A DNA stretch of 64,000 bases. It comes from a virus. Below, piece by piece: positions 34,675 to 44,367 of the stretch (position 1 is the stretch's first letter; every line of letters starts with the position of its first letter). The stretch spans positions 1-64,000 of the IMG/VR virus record IMGVR_UViG_3300017963_000225; one strand, given 5' to 3'. A model generated the notes under the pieces. The model made no database searches. It saw only the letters and a list, made by a program, of their open reading frames with translations, and had not been told where the DNA came from. The translations under genes were made by a program, and so were the position numbers.

Positions 34675-36656
34675 GCGATTGTTCCAAATTGAGCGGAAAT
34701 ATCAGCAGCCGATTGCGCACTCGTGATTTCTTCCTCGTTAGACACCCCGGTGAGTTTGTACCTAATGCCGCGTACTACAGTCAGAGTAGTTCTGATCGGT
34801 TGTCCAATCGACCAATCATCGGCAACACCCTGCACGTAAAACAGCTCCAATTTTGGGTAAGGATTTTCTGGAGTGATGCGGGTTTCAAGGTACTTGCAGA
34901 CTATTCCGAGCCGCGCCTCTTTCAAAAAGCGACAAACCAAGCGTCCGTTTAGAAACGCCGGATTCATGAAATACCAGTTGGCCAATGTCTTCCCGAACTC
35001 AACCGCGAAACGATCGGCACTTTCCGGTTGTTCTTTGTTAGGTGAAGGCTCGACGTAATTTGTAGACAGCTCGACCATGCGGAAACCGTAGGTTTTGGCG
35101 CTATCAACGTCGATATGGAAACCACCGAGAGAGGTTACAAGTAGTCGCCTGTCGTCGTTGGCGTCGTACTTTCCAATGACCATCCAGCCGTTCTGACGGT
35201 CAGCATTAGAAAGACCGACCTCATAATCAAGCAGCATCGGAGTGGCTTCGGTTTCGATGTACTTGTCGATATCAGATCCCGTGTCTGACTCAAACGTAGG
35301 AAAGGCCATGGGGCCGTACACCATAATGTCGTTGCCATCATCCATCAGCTCGAAATAGTCGGCGCCGAATTCTTCCTGCATTTCAGCCGATCCAGAAAAA
35401 TCCGACAGTTTCGCGGCGTATGGCTTCACGTAGTCAGCGACGTTGAACATCATCTCTGAGGTGATGTCGAGTGGACGCTGGCGCATACAGAAACTCGGCG
35501 CTGGCAATCCGTCTCTTCCGTTTCTTCCGCCTTCAACATCGCCATTAGGGCAAAGGTCGAAGAAGAACTCGTTAAAGCCTGGATTTTGCAAGTTTCGGAT
35601 CATATCGAACAGGCCGGATGTGGAGCTGTTCAGGAAATTTTTGAAAAAGTTTCCGCCGTATGTTTGGTAGAGGCTTCTTAAGGAAATGACTGACAACGGC
35701 GATTGATCGCTAATGCTGCCTGACTCCGCAGCCAATGCTTGAAGTTTTGAAAACGCACTGCCAGAAGGTGGCGTTTTGTTTCCGCGAGAACTGGCGATTT
35801 TCTTGTTAAACTCATCAAGCCTCTCTTGAGCCAGCTCAGTATTTTCTTGAAGCACTCCATCAAGGTCGAGGTCGTCGATGAGTTTTTGCGGCAGCTTCCA
35901 TTGCGGGAATGGCACCGAGGTCAAGCAAATTACCAAAATTTGCTTCACGAGGTCGGTGGCTGATCCGATGAGTTTAAGGTCCGTGCCGGCGAAGATGCTG
36001 ATTGCGTTCATGCCGTCAATGTATGGGTTATAGTAAAGCGAAATGTCTTGAATGATGGCTCCGAGGGAACGCCCGCTAACCTGGAAGCTGGCTGTATAGC
36101 CCTGGTCCTTGTTGCCGGGGGACTTCGTTCGAGAAATGCGATCGACCTTGCCGATGAAACGCTCCTGCATGACAAGGACGTTCATCTTGCGCCCCTGTCC
36201 AGGAATGGTGACGTTCCCACTCACTAACGGACCAAGGTTTGGCAACGGCACGAAGACTTTCCCGACATCGCCAGCGGGCTCTGTTGCGGCGATATCGCCA
36301 CTTTCATTGGCCGATTGTTTCAGCGAACTGGTGGCGAAGTTGTATGCAAGCTCGCCGTCAGCGGACAACGTGGCGATTTGATCTCCCATGAATATCCGAA
36401 CGAAGTCGTCCGGCTGTATTAGCTCGTCCCACGGCTCGCTGGCATTGAGGGTGAAGTTGAAGCTGCCGCCGACCTCGGTGATAGTGCGATCAGTCGTGCA
36501 TGCGGTGACTTCCCAAAAGAGGTCGCGCACCTCGCGGCCGTCATTGCCGTTTGGGTAAAGGCGAATACCAACGCCAGCCTGCTGCTGGTAAACGTGTTTT
36601 GCGTGCGTGTTAGTTGGTTTTCCTGAAACACTAAACAGGCTACTGATGCCAGCCAT
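34671..36656 (-). CDS. Baseplate hub protein (gp27-like)
   Basis: GSFNFTL, I.PDD.VRI.M, F.GKVD.I, VSGR..G, FYVQGV...W...TT.TV.RG; directly after the tape measure gene. Confidence 0.7.
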   Translation of the reverse strand: MAGISSLFSVSGKPTNTHAKHVYQQQAGVGIRLYPNGNDGREVRDLFWEVTACTTDRTITEVGGSFNFTLNASEPWDELIQPDDFVRIFMGDQIATLSADGELAYNFATSSLKQSANESGDIAATEPAGDVGKVFVPLPNLGPLVSGNVTIPGQGRKMNVLVMQERFIGKVDRISRTKSPGNKDQGYTASFQVSGRSLGAIIQDISLYYNPYIDGMNAISIFAGTDLKLIGSATDLVKQILVICLTSVPFPQWKLPQKLIDDLDLDGVLQENTELAQERLDEFNKKIASSRGNKTPPSGSAFSKLQALAAESGSISDQSPLSVISLRSLYQTYGGNFFKNFLNSSTSGLFDMIRNLQNPGFNEFFFDLCPNGDVEGGRNGRDGLPAPSFCMRQRPLDITSEMMFNVADYVKPYAAKLSDFSGSAEMQEEFGADYFELMDDGNDIMVYGPMAFPTFESDTGSDIDKYIETEATPMLLDYEVGLSNADRQNGWMVIGKYDANDDRRLLVTSLGGFHIDVDSAKTYGFRMVELSTNYVEPSPNKEQPESADRFAVEFGKTLANWYFMNPAFLNGRLVCRFLKEARLGIVCKYLETRITPENPYPKLELFYVQGVADDWSIGQPIRTTLTVVRGIRYKLTGVSNEEEITSAQSAADISAQFGTIA

Positions 36657-39448
36657 TATCGAAGACTCCCTCCAGCATTCCCGCCGCGAGCAACCCTATT
36701 GCCGAGTGCTCCAGTGTTCCGATCGGTCGCCTCAGTGTTCACACGGATCGCTTCTGCCAAAGCCTTTAGAGCTTCTTCCGACATAAACGGACTTTCGCTA
36801 GCCTTCTTGTCCGCAGCGTCACCTTTTGACGCTGATTCTAGCGGTGCAATGCCGAGTTTTTTCATCGACGGAATTTGACCCGTCTCCTGGTATGCCTTTA
36901 GATATTTCTCGGCATCACTTCCGCGTCCTGATTCGTACAATTTGTCGGCAACATCACTAACGCGGGATTGTTCCATCGCTTTAGTCTTGCGAGCCCGTTT
37001 TTCTTCCTCGCTCCCGCCAACATCGAACGCTTGACCGACCATGGAGCCTAGTCCACCGCCCATCGCTTCGATCGCTTCTCCTGGGTGGGCCGCCCACTCT
37101 GCCCAACCCCTGTCGCCTGTCTTCTCAGACAAGCGCTCGAAGAACGCGGTCGGGTCCTTCTGCATCTCGGCCATATCCATGCCGGCGCCGGCTACAGCGC
37201 TTGCCAGGTAAGCGGCCGGTATGCGCCCGGCCATGCCGCCGCCAGCAGCCGCCGCGCCACCGCCAGCGCCAGCGGCACCAGCGGCGCCTGCCGCGCCGCG
37301 ACCAAGCACCATCTTGAGAACGCCGGCTGCTCCGAGGCCAGCAGCGCCGATGCCGGCAGCGCCTGCCGCGATACCGCCCCAATCAGCATCGGTTTCCTTT
37401 GCGACACTCCCCTTGCCGAGGCCGAAAGTTTCAAGAGCCTTGGAAAGGGCAATAGCGGCACCTTTGGTGGCTTCTAGCATGGCGTTGTCGATGCCGGTGA
37501 TAGCCTTGATGCCGTCTTTTGCTAGGCCAGCTAAAATCGCATTCGTTTGCCCCTGGATTTCGACAAGCTGCATCAAGGGATCTTTGTTTTCCTTGAGGAT
37601 GTCTTTGATTTCCTTTTGGGCTCGCGTCTGGTCAACATCGCCTGATTGCATGCGGCGCATGATTTCAATCAGGTCCTTTGATTGCCCAGGACCAATGCCG
37701 GCCTCCTGGTAAAGGCGCATTTGCACTTCTTGCTTCGAGCGATCGAACTGCGCCTGCTCCTCTTCGGTTAGCTTGCCTTTCTTCTCAAACAGCCCTCGCG
37801 TGCCACCCGACTCCTGGAAAAGCTGACCGAGAATTTTTTGAATGTTCTCGACGCCGCCTTCTTTGCCGCCAAAGATGCCGCCTTCAGTTTTCTCCAGAAA
37901 CTTGAGGTATCCGCCGATTCCTTCCTGCTCACCTTCGTTGCCGCCAAAAGCTCGGAACATGGTGCCGAGCATCGGACCTTGCAGCTTGCCGGCGCCTTTC
38001 ATCATGCGGTCGAGCCCGCCGACGGCCTGCATCGCTGGCCCTCGGAAAAACTCCTCGCCGCGTCCGCTGGCACGCATGAGCTGGGAGAGGGCCTTGCTGA
38101 TCGCTTGCGCGTTGTTCTCGCCGGTGGCCTGAAGAAGTTGACCCTGAATGTCAACCACGCGCGAAGTAAACTCAGTGATGCGGGCGCGGTCCATACCGCC
38201 CTTGACGCCTTCCATCATGATTTCTTCGAGCTTCTTACCGGCCTGCTCGGGCGCGGCTCCTCCAGCATGCTTCAGTGCGCCGGCCTGTGCTGCCACCTCT
38301 TCGCGGCCGAGCCCGAAGCGGAAGCTCGTGCGCGTCACGTCACGTAGGTTGTCGATGCCTGCCTTGCCGCCCACCTGCCGATTGAGCTGGCTAAGGAACT
38401 CCAGGTTTTCAGCGCCGCCGTAGCCGTACATATTGGCGGTCGCTGATCCGGCACGACCGACCGCGCCGCCCATCTGGCCAGAGAGCGTACGCGCCGTGGG
38501 AGCCATCCTGTGGGCCGTGTCGTAGGCGTCCTTTCCGACGCTGGCAGTGTAGCCGAGCCCGAGTGCTCCGACCCCGAGGGCTGCGCCGCCAAGCAATCCA
38601 GCGCCCCGTAAGAGTCCGCCACCGAGCCCGCCGAGTACGCCACCCGCTGCACCACCGCCACCGCCACCGCCCGACGGCATTAGGTCGCTCGTCATGCTGG
38701 CGTACTGCGCGACTCGCGACATTTGCGAGACGCCTGGAATATTCATGTCCGACAGCATCATGAGGCCGAGGTTGCCGCGACCCCCAAATCGACGGCCGCC
38801 GCGCTCGCCATCGGCAGCATCTTCTTCTGGAAACGCCCCTTTAACGCCCTTGCGTGACTGTTGCAGCGTCTTGAGGTTGGCTTGCGCCTCTTCCCGCTGT
38901 TTCCGAGTCGTTTTAAGGATTTCCTGACGAAGCCTTAGCTCCTTCTCAAGCTCGGGCAACGCGGCCTTGCCTAGCTGACGCAGCTCCTTGGCTGTCTTGA
39001 GCGGCTGATCCTTGAAACCAAGGGCCGATTGCATTTGTTCGCGAGCGCCGCGTTTTCTGAGCCCTGGTCCTTGTGGATCAAGGGCTTGCTCGATGGCCGA
39101 CTTCTTCTTCGTCATCTCGCGAACTTCGCCGCGCTGCTGCTCCTCACGCGCCATCAATTCACCGGCGACATTCTCGCTGGCTTTTTCAAGACGGCTCGGC
39201 ACCGACATGCCGCGCATGCTGTCCTTCACGTCAGCGGTGCGCTCAAAGGCACGAGCTGCCTGCTCGGCTTCAATACGCATCTGCTGAATAGCCAGCTTCT
39301 CGTCCTGGGTGAGGTCGCGCCCCTTTTGCAGAAGCTCATTGATGCTGCCAACGGCGTCCTTGGCGCGACTAAGCTCGCCCACAACGCGGGCGATTTCGTT
39401 GGCATCCATCACCGACAGCTTCTGAGCTAGGTCTTCTTCTTTAGCCAT
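36656..39448 (-). CDS. Tail tape measure protein
   Basis: 930 aa, helical and Ala/Gly/Gln-rich with Gly-rich hydrophobic segments; canonical position after tube and chaperones. Confidence 0.8.
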   Translation of the reverse strand: MAKEEDLAQKLSVMDANEIARVVGELSRAKDAVGSINELLQKGRDLTQDEKLAIQQMRIEAEQAARAFERTADVKDSMRGMSVPSRLEKASENVAGELMAREEQQRGEVREMTKKKSAIEQALDPQGPGLRKRGAREQMQSALGFKDQPLKTAKELRQLGKAALPELEKELRLRQEILKTTRKQREEAQANLKTLQQSRKGVKGAFPEEDAADGERGGRRFGGRGNLGLMMLSDMNIPGVSQMSRVAQYASMTSDLMPSGGGGGGGAAGGVLGGLGGGLLRGAGLLGGAALGVGALGLGYTASVGKDAYDTAHRMAPTARTLSGQMGGAVGRAGSATANMYGYGGAENLEFLSQLNRQVGGKAGIDNLRDVTRTSFRFGLGREEVAAQAGALKHAGGAAPEQAGKKLEEIMMEGVKGGMDRARITEFTSRVVDIQGQLLQATGENNAQAISKALSQLMRASGRGEEFFRGPAMQAVGGLDRMMKGAGKLQGPMLGTMFRAFGGNEGEQEGIGGYLKFLEKTEGGIFGGKEGGVENIQKILGQLFQESGGTRGLFEKKGKLTEEEQAQFDRSKQEVQMRLYQEAGIGPGQSKDLIEIMRRMQSGDVDQTRAQKEIKDILKENKDPLMQLVEIQGQTNAILAGLAKDGIKAITGIDNAMLEATKGAAIALSKALETFGLGKGSVAKETDADWGGIAAGAAGIGAAGLGAAGVLKMVLGRGAAGAAGAAGAGGGAAAAGGGMAGRIPAAYLASAVAGAGMDMAEMQKDPTAFFERLSEKTGDRGWAEWAAHPGEAIEAMGGGLGSMVGQAFDVGGSEEEKRARKTKAMEQSRVSDVADKLYESGRGSDAEKYLKAYQETGQIPSMKKLGIAPLESASKGDAADKKASESPFMSEEALKALAEAIRVNTEATDRNTGALGNRVARGGNAGGSLR

Positions 39449-40109
39449 CTTGAGTCAGCCCCTGCTTGGTCGCAAACTTCTTCAGAAACTCGTCTTCCTC
39501 GAAGTTCTTGAGCCAGTCGTCGGAAGTAAAATCGGTGCCGTGGATTTTGCCGCCAGTCACCGGATTTATTTTCTCGCCTTTCTCATTCTCTTTCACCCCC
39601 TGAAAACCAACAACCGGCGCGACAGTGCTTCCCTCAGGCGCTGCAATGTTTTTCTTGTCATGCACAAAGACAGGGCGGCGCCAAATATCCGCTCCGTCCG
39701 GGCAAGCAAGAACGTCCATGTCTGGAAACTCACCTCTGCCAAAGGCTTCTTCGAGCTGGTCAAGCTCGGGATCGCCGGTGCGGTAGTATGTGAGGCCAGT
39801 TTTAGGATTTTTGCGCTTGAAAATGCCCGCAAGCTCGACGCTTTTGGGGTTTTCAAAATAGAACTGCTCCCAAAGTTCAAGAGCGGCCTCTTCTGGCGTG
39901 TAGTCGTCAAAACGATCGTAGCGTGGCTTCTTCCACCTGTGTTGCCACGCTACGCGAACGCTCGAATAGCCCCCTTGGACGTTTTCTCGCGCCTGTCTTT
40001 TGATTGACTCAAGCCATGCCGCTCCATCTTCTTCGCTGGTATCTGGCTTCGAGAATGGAAGCCGAGCACACTCAGGCGGAAGCGGCACCCTGGGCTTGAG
40101 GCTGAGCAT
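39441..40109 (-). CDS. Putative tail assembly chaperone 2
   Basis: Position before the tape measure gene; W...W.KP.YD.F..YT.EE motif. Confidence 0.55.
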   Translation of the reverse strand: MLSLKPRVPLPPECARLPFSKPDTSEEDGAAWLESIKRQARENVQGGYSSVRVAWQHRWKKPRYDRFDDYTPEEAALELWEQFYFENPKSVELAGIFKRKNPKTGLTYYRTGDPELDQLEEAFGRGEFPDMDVLACPDGADIWRRPVFVHDKKNIAAPEGSTVAPVVGFQGVKENEKGEKINPVTGGKIHGTDFTSDDWLKNFEEDEFLKKFATKQGLTQDG

Positions 40110-40449
40110 CGGGGTTTAGCGTCCTCTTGAAGCTGTTTTGGTATGCAATCCAGCGGTTGTAGACGGCAAAGACCGCCTCCCGGCACTGGAGCACGTTTTC
40201 GATCCAGTTAGGATCGGTCAGCCCGACCGGCTCAACGGCGTTAGCCAGTGTGGCGACAGCTTCAAACCAAAGGTCGTCTTTGTCGCTGGCTGCTTTGAAG
40301 CCGGCAAGTAGCTGCGCCTTTGATTGCGCGATCATTGTCTCGATGTTGGGTGTTCTTCGTTTCACGGTGAGGCTCAATCGGATGGTCCCGATGTCCTCTG
40401 TGCCGGTATCAAACTCGAAGGGAATGACTTTCTCACGTTCCATTTTCAT
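40072..40449 (-). CDS. Putative tail assembly chaperone 1
   Basis: Position after the tail tube gene; small acidic/helical protein. Confidence 0.6.
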   Translation of the reverse strand: MKMEREKVIPFEFDTGTEDIGTIRLSLTVKRRTPNIETMIAQSKAQLLAGFKAASDKDDLWFEAVATLANAVEPVGLTDPNWIENVLQCREAVFAVYNRWIAYQNSFKRTLNPDAQPQAQGAASA

Positions 40450-40467
40450 TCTCTCTAACTCCCTTAC

Positions 40468-40495
40468 AAAACAGCCGGGAAAATTCCCGGCTTTT
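40468..40495 (-). terminator. Intrinsic terminator-like hairpin downstream of the tube gene and tRNA-like element
   Basis: AGCCGGGAA-TT-TTCCCGGCT-GTTTT on the minus strand; T-runs on both sides. Confidence 0.7.
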
Positions 40496-40498
40496 GAG

Positions 40499-40572
40499 TG
40501 GTCCAGGCCGGGCGCAAACCGGCATACTATCGCTTAGTAGGCGACTGCTCTATGCAATTGAGCTACTAGACC
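40499..40572 (-). tRNA. tRNA-like cloverleaf, anticodon ACT, Arg-like body, non-canonical D and T loops
   Basis: GGTCTAG-TA-GCTC-AATTGCATA-GAGC-A-GTCGC-CTACTAA-GCGAT-AGTAT-GCCGG-TTTGCGC-CCGGC-CTGGACC-A; all four stems pair; 74 nt; no encoded CCA. Confidence 0.72.
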
Positions 40573-40580
40573 GTGGAAAA

Positions 40581-41090
40581 TCATGCAGCATCTGCGATGA
40601 CGCCGGTATTCTCACCTTCCTCGGCCATAATACGAGCGACGAAGTTGCAGTTTTCCGACACCATTGCTCCAGCGGCGATTTCCCACGCCTTCTGAGCGCA
40701 CTTGACGCCAGAAATCGTGTAAAGGCTGCCTTTGGTGATTCGATCCTGAATCACCGCTGTTAATTCGCCAGACTGAAGGATTGGCGAACCGTCGTCAGCG
40801 AATGCCGGCATGATTTGCGCGCTCTCCGTGCCGCCTTCGATGTTCGCCGAAAGTGACGGGAAGGTGGCGGCCGTGTTGAGACGGGAAGCCGTCGCGACAC
40901 GAGCCAACGATGCCGTAAACTCGACCGTGTAAGCCACCGGGACGTGCTCGACCACTTCCAGATGACCCAGCACGTTCAACGGCTGGTAGTTAATTCCGGT
41001 CGTGCCGGAACAGTTGATTGCGTAGCCGACTGGCTTGTTGCCGACCTTGAGGACGGCACGCGCACCAGTGAACACCGAAGAAGCTGACAT
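40581..41090 (-). CDS. Tail tube protein
   Basis: FTGARA.LKV....VG.A......G....P..VLG....EHVP..Y; directly after the sheath gene. Confidence 0.85.
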   Translation of the reverse strand: MSASSVFTGARAVLKVGNKPVGYAINCSGTTGINYQPLNVLGHLEVVEHVPVAYTVEFTASLARVATASRLNTAATFPSLSANIEGGTESAQIMPAFADDGSPILQSGELTAVIQDRITKGSLYTISGVKCAQKAWEIAAGAMVSENCNFVARIMAEEGENTGVIADAA

Positions 41091-41125
41091 GATCTACCCC
41101 CTTTATATCGTCAATGGTGCGTTAA

Positions 41126-42886
41126 TTACGCTGCCTGACCTTCGCGAATGCCTACGACGATCGGCAGAATGAAACGAATACCTTCCCAGCCGATCACGGC
41201 GACCTCGTAGCGCAGCTCGCCGGCAGAGGTCTGGATCAGCTTAGTGAGCTTCTTGTCGAAGCCCTTGATCGACTTGATGGTGTCCTTCTCGGCTTGGACC
41301 GACTCGTCGATGGCGTCGAGAACGTCCTGTGGCGTAAAGACGCTGCGTCCCTGGAAGCGCGACTTCATGAAGGCGCGGTGGTTGAAGGCAAAGACGGCGA
41401 ACGACTCCACCATCTCAATGTAAATGTTGGCATTGTTGGTGTCTGCCAACCAGCAGGTGTAGCCGCCTTTGATGCGGATCACGTTGTTCTCATCGGGTTG
41501 CGAGAACAAGGCACCGCCTTTGAGCATTTCTGCGGCGTCGGCCACGCTGTCCCAGCTCACGTCGGTTTCCGAGCCGCTCGACTGGATCTGGCGGTACTCA
41601 AGCGGCGTGCCGATCGGCGAGCCGGCCTGTGTCTGCGCGCAAACGACCGCAAAACCCCACTCGTCGTAAGTGATGTTTTCGCCGGCAATGTCCAGGTCGG
41701 TGATGCGCTCGCTCGTCACTGACAGCCAGCGCGACGAAAGGCGCGAGCACTCGTCGAGAAAAGCCTGCTTGTTGCCCTTGATCGAAACGAAGCCCTGACA
41801 CTCACTTCGTCCGAGCAGAGAGCTGCGGTTTTCCAGGTGGTCTTTCACCTGGCTGTTGATCGAAGCGATCGAGACGGTCGAGCCATCCTGGTTGTCGGAG
41901 CTGAACAGCGGCACGAGGATGTTTGCACGCACCTTGAGCAGCGCATTGAGCGCCGCCTGGTGGTCCGAGTTAGAAGTGGTCCCGCGAGTGCCGCCCGTAA
42001 AGAGTGCGGTCGCGACAGAAGCCGGCAGCGCATCGCCAGCATTACCAGCGGCACGGGCGAAGGTGACGAGCCGGCTGGTCGATTCAGCCCACGAGGTAAG
42101 CTCATAAAGGCCGGCTCTGAAAGCCTTCGGACCGGCCGCCACAAGCTCAACCGAGCCGGCAGTCAAAATCAGGTCGAGATCCTTGGCCTTGACGCCGCCC
42201 TTGTTGTTTTTGATGGAAGCAGTGTAGCCGGTGCTTGCTGCGACGAGCTGCACGAGCTGGGCGATCGTCAACTCGCCAACGGTGATGTCGAGGCTTGCCG
42301 ATCCGTCGGTCTGACCGACAAGGGCAACCTTCAGCTTGAGCACGCCAGTGTCGTACTCAAACGTCAAGGTCGCTGTCGCCGCGTCTCCCGTGTAGTCCAT
42401 CTCGAAATAATCCGTCGATCCGAGGTTGGGGGACTTCTCGGCGATTCCAAGCTCGTCAGTGACGGTGACGACTTGCGAGCCAAGCACAGTGGCCAAGGCG
42501 CCGGTGTACTGCGCCGTGAATGCGCCGTATTGCTTGGTGGTCAGCGTGCCCTTGGTGGACAGCGGCAACGTCGATTGGGTGCTGTTGTTGGTCTTGTAGA
42601 AGAGGACGGTGCTAGCGCCGGCCTGCACGAGGTTGTCGCTGCCCGAGCGCAAGGCTAGGCGGCAAGCGTTTGCTCCGGGACCTGCCTTCAAGGATTGCTT
42701 GACGACTTCCGGCGACGTGCCGCCAGCAAAGAGGTGCAAGCCAGGCTTCCCGCCGTCCGCTTCGCCGGTCAAGGCGACAATGCCGATGCCTTGCGACGTT
42801 GGGGTGAGGAGACGATAAAGGTCGAGGTAGCTGTACGCATCGGGCGTAATGATTTCGACGCCCGCAAAGATGGTGCTACGTCCCAT
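41126..42886 (-). CDS. Contractile tail sheath protein
   Basis: P.AYS..D, IVAL.GEADGG.PG, F.GG..GT, C-terminal RFI; 586 aa, upstream of the tube gene. Confidence 0.9.
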   Translation of the reverse strand: MGRSTIFAGVEIITPDAYSYLDLYRLLTPTSQGIGIVALTGEADGGKPGLHLFAGGTSPEVVKQSLKAGPGANACRLALRSGSDNLVQAGASTVLFYKTNNSTQSTLPLSTKGTLTTKQYGAFTAQYTGALATVLGSQVVTVTDELGIAEKSPNLGSTDYFEMDYTGDAATATLTFEYDTGVLKLKVALVGQTDGSASLDITVGELTIAQLVQLVAASTGYTASIKNNKGGVKAKDLDLILTAGSVELVAAGPKAFRAGLYELTSWAESTSRLVTFARAAGNAGDALPASVATALFTGGTRGTTSNSDHQAALNALLKVRANILVPLFSSDNQDGSTVSIASINSQVKDHLENRSSLLGRSECQGFVSIKGNKQAFLDECSRLSSRWLSVTSERITDLDIAGENITYDEWGFAVVCAQTQAGSPIGTPLEYRQIQSSGSETDVSWDSVADAAEMLKGGALFSQPDENNVIRIKGGYTCWLADTNNANIYIEMVESFAVFAFNHRAFMKSRFQGRSVFTPQDVLDAIDESVQAEKDTIKSIKGFDKKLTKLIQTSAGELRYEVAVIGWEGIRFILPIVVGIREGQAA

Positions 42887-42939
42887 GGTTCAAAACTCCT
42901 TCTTTGGGGCCTCGTTTCCAAGACCTTAGTGTTTGAATA

Positions 42940-43173
42940 TCAATAGCTTTTGAAAAGCTCTTGAAACTGTTTGTCGGTTGCAAACTCAAGCCCCTTCGCT
43001 TTTGCGAAGGCGCGCTTGCCGCCGCGTTCCCACAAAGGACACCCTGTCGAGTGCAGAAACAGCTCGACATGGATTTTCGACGGATCAGGAGAAACGGGAA
43101 TCTGTTTCGGCGCTTCCAGTTTGGTTTCTGGAATTTTGACAACCTTGATTTCTTCTTTTTTCGGATCAACCAT
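42940..43173 (-). CDS. Small hypothetical protein (pre-sheath)
   Basis: Start reassigned to ATG 43173; overlap-coupled. Confidence 0.55.
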   Translation of the reverse strand: MVDPKKEEIKVVKIPETKLEAPKQIPVSPDPSKIHVELFLHSTGCPLWERGGKRAFAKAKGLEFATDKQFQELFKSY

Positions 43174-43585
43174 TTGCGTGCTCCCTTGCAAGCGTGTCTG
43201 TGGCGAGATACATTCCAATCAACTCTTTAGCACCAGTCTGAACAAGCCCCGCCGCAAACTTCTTCATGTCGTCATTCCCAAACCTTTGAACAAATGTTCG
43301 CATGTGTGGGTTGTCGGCCGACACAAAGCGCTTGGTCACTCGGTCGAATGTGATTTTACCGCGATCTTGCGCCGAGACGCCATATTTGCGACACAGCTCA
43401 TCAACAAATGTGTTCCGATATTCTATGAACTGCTCCTGAAGCAGGGTTAGCTGCTCAGCCAAAGCATTGTGGGCCGTTTCTATGGCATAAAGTTTATCCC
43501 AAGCTCTGACCTCACCAGGAGTCAGCTCGAAATCATAAATTTTCTCGCTCCACTTCTCGTCAGACTGAGAATCGAGCTTCATCAC
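43166..43585 (-). CDS. Hypothetical protein
   Basis: Overlap-coupled ORF in the neck/tail cluster. Confidence 0.6.
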   Translation of the reverse strand: MMKLDSQSDEKWSEKIYDFELTPGEVRAWDKLYAIETAHNALAEQLTLLQEQFIEYRNTFVDELCRKYGVSAQDRGKITFDRVTKRFVSADNPHMRTFVQRFGNDDMKKFAAGLVQTGAKELIGMYLATDTLAREHANG

Positions 43586-44361
43586 AGCACCTCGTCGGGA
43601 TCGACGACAGCCGCACCGTCCGCGACCGATCCGGGCAGCCCAACGATGCCGCCCATGACGAGGGTATCGAATCCACTTTCCTCAATCGGTACAGATTCCT
43701 GCTTGGTGCAGTCGATAATGCACACGCGGGTGTACGCAAAAATGCCTGCCTGAATCAAGGCTTCGTCCGGCTCAACGTCCATCCACGACACCTTTTGCTC
43801 AGCTATTCCGTAGCCCTCAAGATGAGGTCGATAGCGCAGCATGGCGTACTTGACTATGTAGTGCCAAAGGACCGTTTCGTCGAGGTTAGTGGTCACTATT
43901 GCGATGCGATATTGTGCTTGATTTTCAGTCCCAAGGTGAATGTACGACTTGCCTGTTTCTGTGTTTATAGTGCGATCTTTTATGTCGCCGAGGTATTGCC
44001 GCTCCGATTCACCGCCAAGCGTGATCGAAATGCAGGGCAAGTCCTGAGAGCTGCGCGGAAATCCATGCACAATGTGCATGTTGGCCGACTCCATTAGGCG
44101 CTGAATGTCCTCAATGGTTGGCACGGTGAGGCGAAAAATGCTGGTGTTTCCGGCCTCAGATTCTCGCCTTGGAATAGCATTCAGCCTGTCTTGAAACTCC
44201 TCAAAAACAAGCCGTTCGGTTGGTCCGCCGAGGTCACGACCGAGCCCGAGTCCTGGGTCGATGTTAAAAACCCTCGACAGAAGCTCGGGGTCCTTCTGGA
44301 GGTCGTCAAATCCTATGCGAATCGCAAACTCTAGCAATCTTTCCGCGTAGATGAAGCTCAT
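43582..44361 (-). CDS. Putative tail terminator/completion protein
   Basis: GFPR....LPCISI.LG.E.E...LG motif; position before the sheath gene. Confidence 0.6.
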   Translation of the reverse strand: MSFIYAERLLEFAIRIGFDDLQKDPELLSRVFNIDPGLGLGRDLGGPTERLVFEEFQDRLNAIPRRESEAGNTSIFRLTVPTIEDIQRLMESANMHIVHGFPRSSQDLPCISITLGGESERQYLGDIKDRTINTETGKSYIHLGTENQAQYRIAIVTTNLDETVLWHYIVKYAMLRYRPHLEGYGIAEQKVSWMDVEPDEALIQAGIFAYTRVCIIDCTKQESVPIEESGFDTLVMGGIVGLPGSVADGAAVVDPDEVL

Positions 44362-44367
44362 TGCGTT

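Noticed and set aside
40072-40125. Programmed -1 frameshift between the tail assembly chaperones (A AAC CCC slippery-like heptamer)
   Set aside because: The -1 frame leads into the short 39950-40186 frame that stops early. The real downstream ORF (39441-40109) is in the +1 frame and has its own ATG, so a lambda G/GT-type fusion is not supported.
40535-40541. Amber suppressor reading (CTA) of the tRNA-like loop, implying stop-codon recoding
   Set aside because: In the 7-nt loop CTACTAA the central triplet is ACT. Genes translate as full-length ORFs in the standard code, with tightly coupled junctions.
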